From: Chloroflexota bacterium
GTDB lineage: Bacteria; Chloroflexota; Dehalococcoidia; Lucifugimonadales; JACPCL1
Direction of reading: 5' to 3'
Length of the DNA: 33,748 bases
Assembly (NCBI GenBank): GCA_016210395.1
Contig: JACQUI010000102.1
Location: 1-33,748, forward strand
Positions within the stretch are counted from its first letter, which is position 1. Each line of letters begins with the position of its first letter. The notes beneath the pieces are model-generated. The model saw nothing but the letters and a program-made list of their open reading frames with translations, ran no database searches and was not told the DNA's origin. The translations under genes and the position numbers were made by a program. Positions 31,772 through 33,748 of this stretch are shown here, piece by piece.

Positions 31772-32716
31772 TTAGCGGGCAGCTACCCTGGGCGCTTCCA
31801 GCAGCGCGTCCTGGCCTTCGCCGGCAAGGCTTGCGGGATACATGGAGTACAGTTGCGCCAGGAACGCCTCCACCACTGCGCCGTGGCTGGACGCCTTTCG
31901 CACCATCACGGAGGTCGGCAGCACGACGTTGTACCCCTCTTTGAGGGGCACGGTGGCGAGCGTCTCCTGCTCCAGCTCCGTGAGGATGGAGTTATAAGGA
32001 AGGAACGATATGCCAAGGCCACGCTCGATCATGCGCTTCGTGGCCTCGATGCTGTCCAGGTCCATCTGCACGTTCGGCACGATACCCGCTTCCCGCACCA
32101 CCTTGTTGATCAACACGAAGTAGCTTGAGTCTTTGTCGTACAGGATCAGGGGCTCGTGGGCGACGTCGTAGATGCTGGCCACGCCCGCCCTCACGAAGGG
32201 GTGCGACGGGTGCGACACGAGGACGACGTGCTCATCGTACAGGTGGCGGCTTTCGATCTCCTGGTGCACCATGGTGCGCGTCAGGCCAATCTGCACCTCT
32301 TCCGAGAGCACCATCTCCAGCACATCGGAGGACCGGCCCGTCTTGATGGCCACGTCAACGCCAGGGTGGGCCTGGTGGAACGCCTCCAGAATACGCGGGA
32401 GCACATAGGCGCAGATGGCTCTGGCGGACCCGATGCGGAGCTTGCCGGTGGAAGCGCGATGCGTGGCGTCCACGGCGTCCATAGCGTCGCGCAGCGCCTC
32501 CAGCGCCCGCTCCACGTACGGCTGAAAGGCCCGCCCGGCCTCGGTAAGCCGGACGCCACGGCCCATGCGCTGGAACAGCGGCTCCCCCATCTCCCGCTCC
32601 AGCGCCAGGATGCGCGCGCTCAGAGAAGGCTGGGTGAGCTCCAGCGCCTCAGCCGCCCGGCTGAAGCTGTGGTGCTGCACTACCTGAAGGAACGCTTCCA
32701 GTTGGCCGATTTCCAT
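31772..32716 (-). CDS. LysR-family transcriptional regulator
   Basis: MEIGQLEAFLQVVQHHSFSRAAEALELTQPSLSARILALEREMGEPLF is a canonical LysR HTH. The start is set to the ATG at 32714-32716; the ORF-track GTG is at 32734. Confidence 0.92.
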   Translation of the reverse strand: MEIGQLEAFLQVVQHHSFSRAAEALELTQPSLSARILALEREMGEPLFQRMGRGVRLTEAGRAFQPYVERALEALRDAMDAVDATHRASTGKLRIGSARAICAYVLPRILEAFHQAHPGVDVAIKTGRSSDVLEMVLSEEVQIGLTRTMVHQEIESRHLYDEHVVLVSHPSHPFVRAGVASIYDVAHEPLILYDKDSSYFVLINKVVREAGIVPNVQMDLDSIEATKRMIERGLGISFLPYNSILTELEQETLATVPLKEGYNVVLPTSVMVRKASSHGAVVEAFLAQLYSMYPASLAGEGQDALLEAPRVAAR

Positions 32717-32738
32717 ATGCTTGTAGCCTCGCACAGGT

Positions 32739-32753
32739 ATAGGCGTGGACTAT
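32739..32753. promoter_or_regulatory. Candidate LysR box (T-N11-A dyad) in the LysR/fabG-like divergent region
   Basis: ATAGGCGTGGACTAT = ATAG-N7-CTAT, 23 nt upstream of the LysR start. Confidence 0.35.
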
Positions 32754-32826
32754 GCGTATTATAGACTACAATCCACATTGTACATAGTATATCCCTGGGA
32801 TTTTTCTATCATGCAGGAGGTAAGGT

Positions 32827-33570
32827 ATGGCAAACCTCGAAGGGAAAGTGGCGCTGGTGACCGGCGCGTCCCGGGGTATTGGCAGGGCCATCGCCATCGA
32901 GCTGGGCGCGTGCCGCGCCACTGTCGCCGTCAACTACGTGCGCAACCGAGACGCCGCCGAGGGCACGGCGCGGGCAGTAGAAGCAGCGGGCGGTCGTGCG
33001 GACGTCTTTCAGGCGGACGTGGCTGTCCTGCAGGAGGCCCAGGCGCTGGTGCAGCAAGCGGTGGAGCGGTTCGGGGGCTTGGACTTCCTGGTCAACAACG
33101 CAGGCGTGGTCAGCGATCGGACTATCCGGCGGATGACGGGCGAAGAGTGGGGGCGCGTTGTGCACACGAACCTGGATAGCGTCTTCTACTGCACCAACGC
33201 CGCGCTCCCTCACCTCATCAGCCGTGGCGGAGGCCGCATCGTCAACATGGCCTCCGTACTGGGGCAGACGGGCAACACCGGCCAGGTGAACTACTCCGCC
33301 AGCAAGGGAGGCATCATCGCCTTCACCAAGGGACTCGCCCTAGAGGTGGCCCACTACAACATCCTGGTGAACGCCGTGTGCCCAGGCTACATAGAGACGG
33401 ATATGATGGCGGGCCTAGCTCCCCAGTTCAGGGAAGGCCTCCTCAACCGCATCCCCCTCAAACGCTTCGGCGCGCCGGAGGAGGTAGCCCGCCTGGTGCG
33501 CTTCCTTGTCACCGAGGGTGACTACGTTACGGGCCAGCAGTTCAACATCAACGGCGGCATGTATATGTAG
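32827..33570 (+). CDS. fabG: SDR-family 3-oxoacyl-[ACP] reductase (FabG-like)
   Basis: GKVALVTGASRGIGRAIA, NNAG, YSASKGG and PGYIETDM. 247 aa. GGAGG lies 7 nt upstream of the ATG. No other fab genes are adjacent, so the FabG assignment is family-level only. Confidence 0.85.
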   Translation: MANLEGKVALVTGASRGIGRAIAIELGACRATVAVNYVRNRDAAEGTARAVEAAGGRADVFQADVAVLQEAQALVQQAVERFGGLDFLVNNAGVVSDRTIRRMTGEEWGRVVHTNLDSVFYCTNAALPHLISRGGGRIVNMASVLGQTGNTGQVNYSASKGGIIAFTKGLALEVAHYNILVNAVCPGYIETDMMAGLAPQFREGLLNRIPLKRFGAPEEVARLVRFLVTEGDYVTGQQFNINGGMYM

Positions 33571-33584
33571 GTTGTGCTACCATT

Positions 33585-33748
33585 AGCTTTAGTGCGAGGC
33601 TGTTGACAAAAGGAATCTGAGTGCCTTGCAAATAGGTGCAGGCCGAGCGAATTACTGTCATGAAGAGAGCCAGTGAAGGGGGAACCACGCGTGACAGCGG
33701 ACGCGTTGGTTCGCATTGTCATTCTGAGCCATGACGGTAGTCAGGCGA
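33585..33748 (-). repeat. Cluster of three short-form copies (G, H, F) of the dispersed repeat, running off the window end
   Basis: 33588-33626 AGTGCGAGGCTGTTGACAAAAGGAATCTGAGTGCC resembles AGAGCGAGGTGGTCAAAAGC...GAAGAATC of copy D. 33654-33682 CTGTCATGAAGAGAGCCAGTGAAGG resembles copy E. 33717-33748 TGTCATTCTGAGCCATGACGGTAGTCAGGCGA has 22/22 identity to 3271-3292. Confidence 0.6.

Overview
GC-rich bacterial chromosomal window with about 20 credible protein genes. I see no rRNA, tRNA, CRISPR array, transposase or integrase. Left part: a TPP-dependent (acetolactate-synthase-like) enzyme gene with a decayed tandem paralog, msrA, a CoA-binding protein, and a DUF1445/DUF4392 pair (split D-glutamate-cyclase-like). 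Centre: a 421-aa type-I membrane surface protein, then a monocistronic 12,060-nt ORF encoding a 4,019-aa surface protein. That protein has about 20 FN3, about 11 Ig-like and 2 IPT/TIG-like modules, a Gly/Tyr-rich insert, a Gly13 hinge, a Pro/Thr linker and a C-terminal TM anchor. The two proteins share the same membrane-proximal module. This pair is my best candidate for an undescribed envelope or adhesion system. Right part: queF plus an IMPase-family gene, an LLM oxidoreductase, an HpcH-family aldolase and an orphan sensor kinase. Next comes a locus I read as oxalate-related: an AAE3/Pcs60-like acyl-CoA ligase, a FadR/GntR regulator, and a three-gene 2-oxoacid:ferredoxin oxidoreductase whose alpha subunit carries YPIRP instead of YPITP (oxalate-oxidoreductase-like). 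The window ends with a LysR regulator divergent from a fabG-like SDR. Intergenic DNA holds at least eight copies of one dispersed repeat family (boxes GATTCTTCGC... and ...GCTCAGAATGAC) plus GC-rich GTAGG-type hairpins. All functional calls come from motif recognition by eye; nothing was database-verified.
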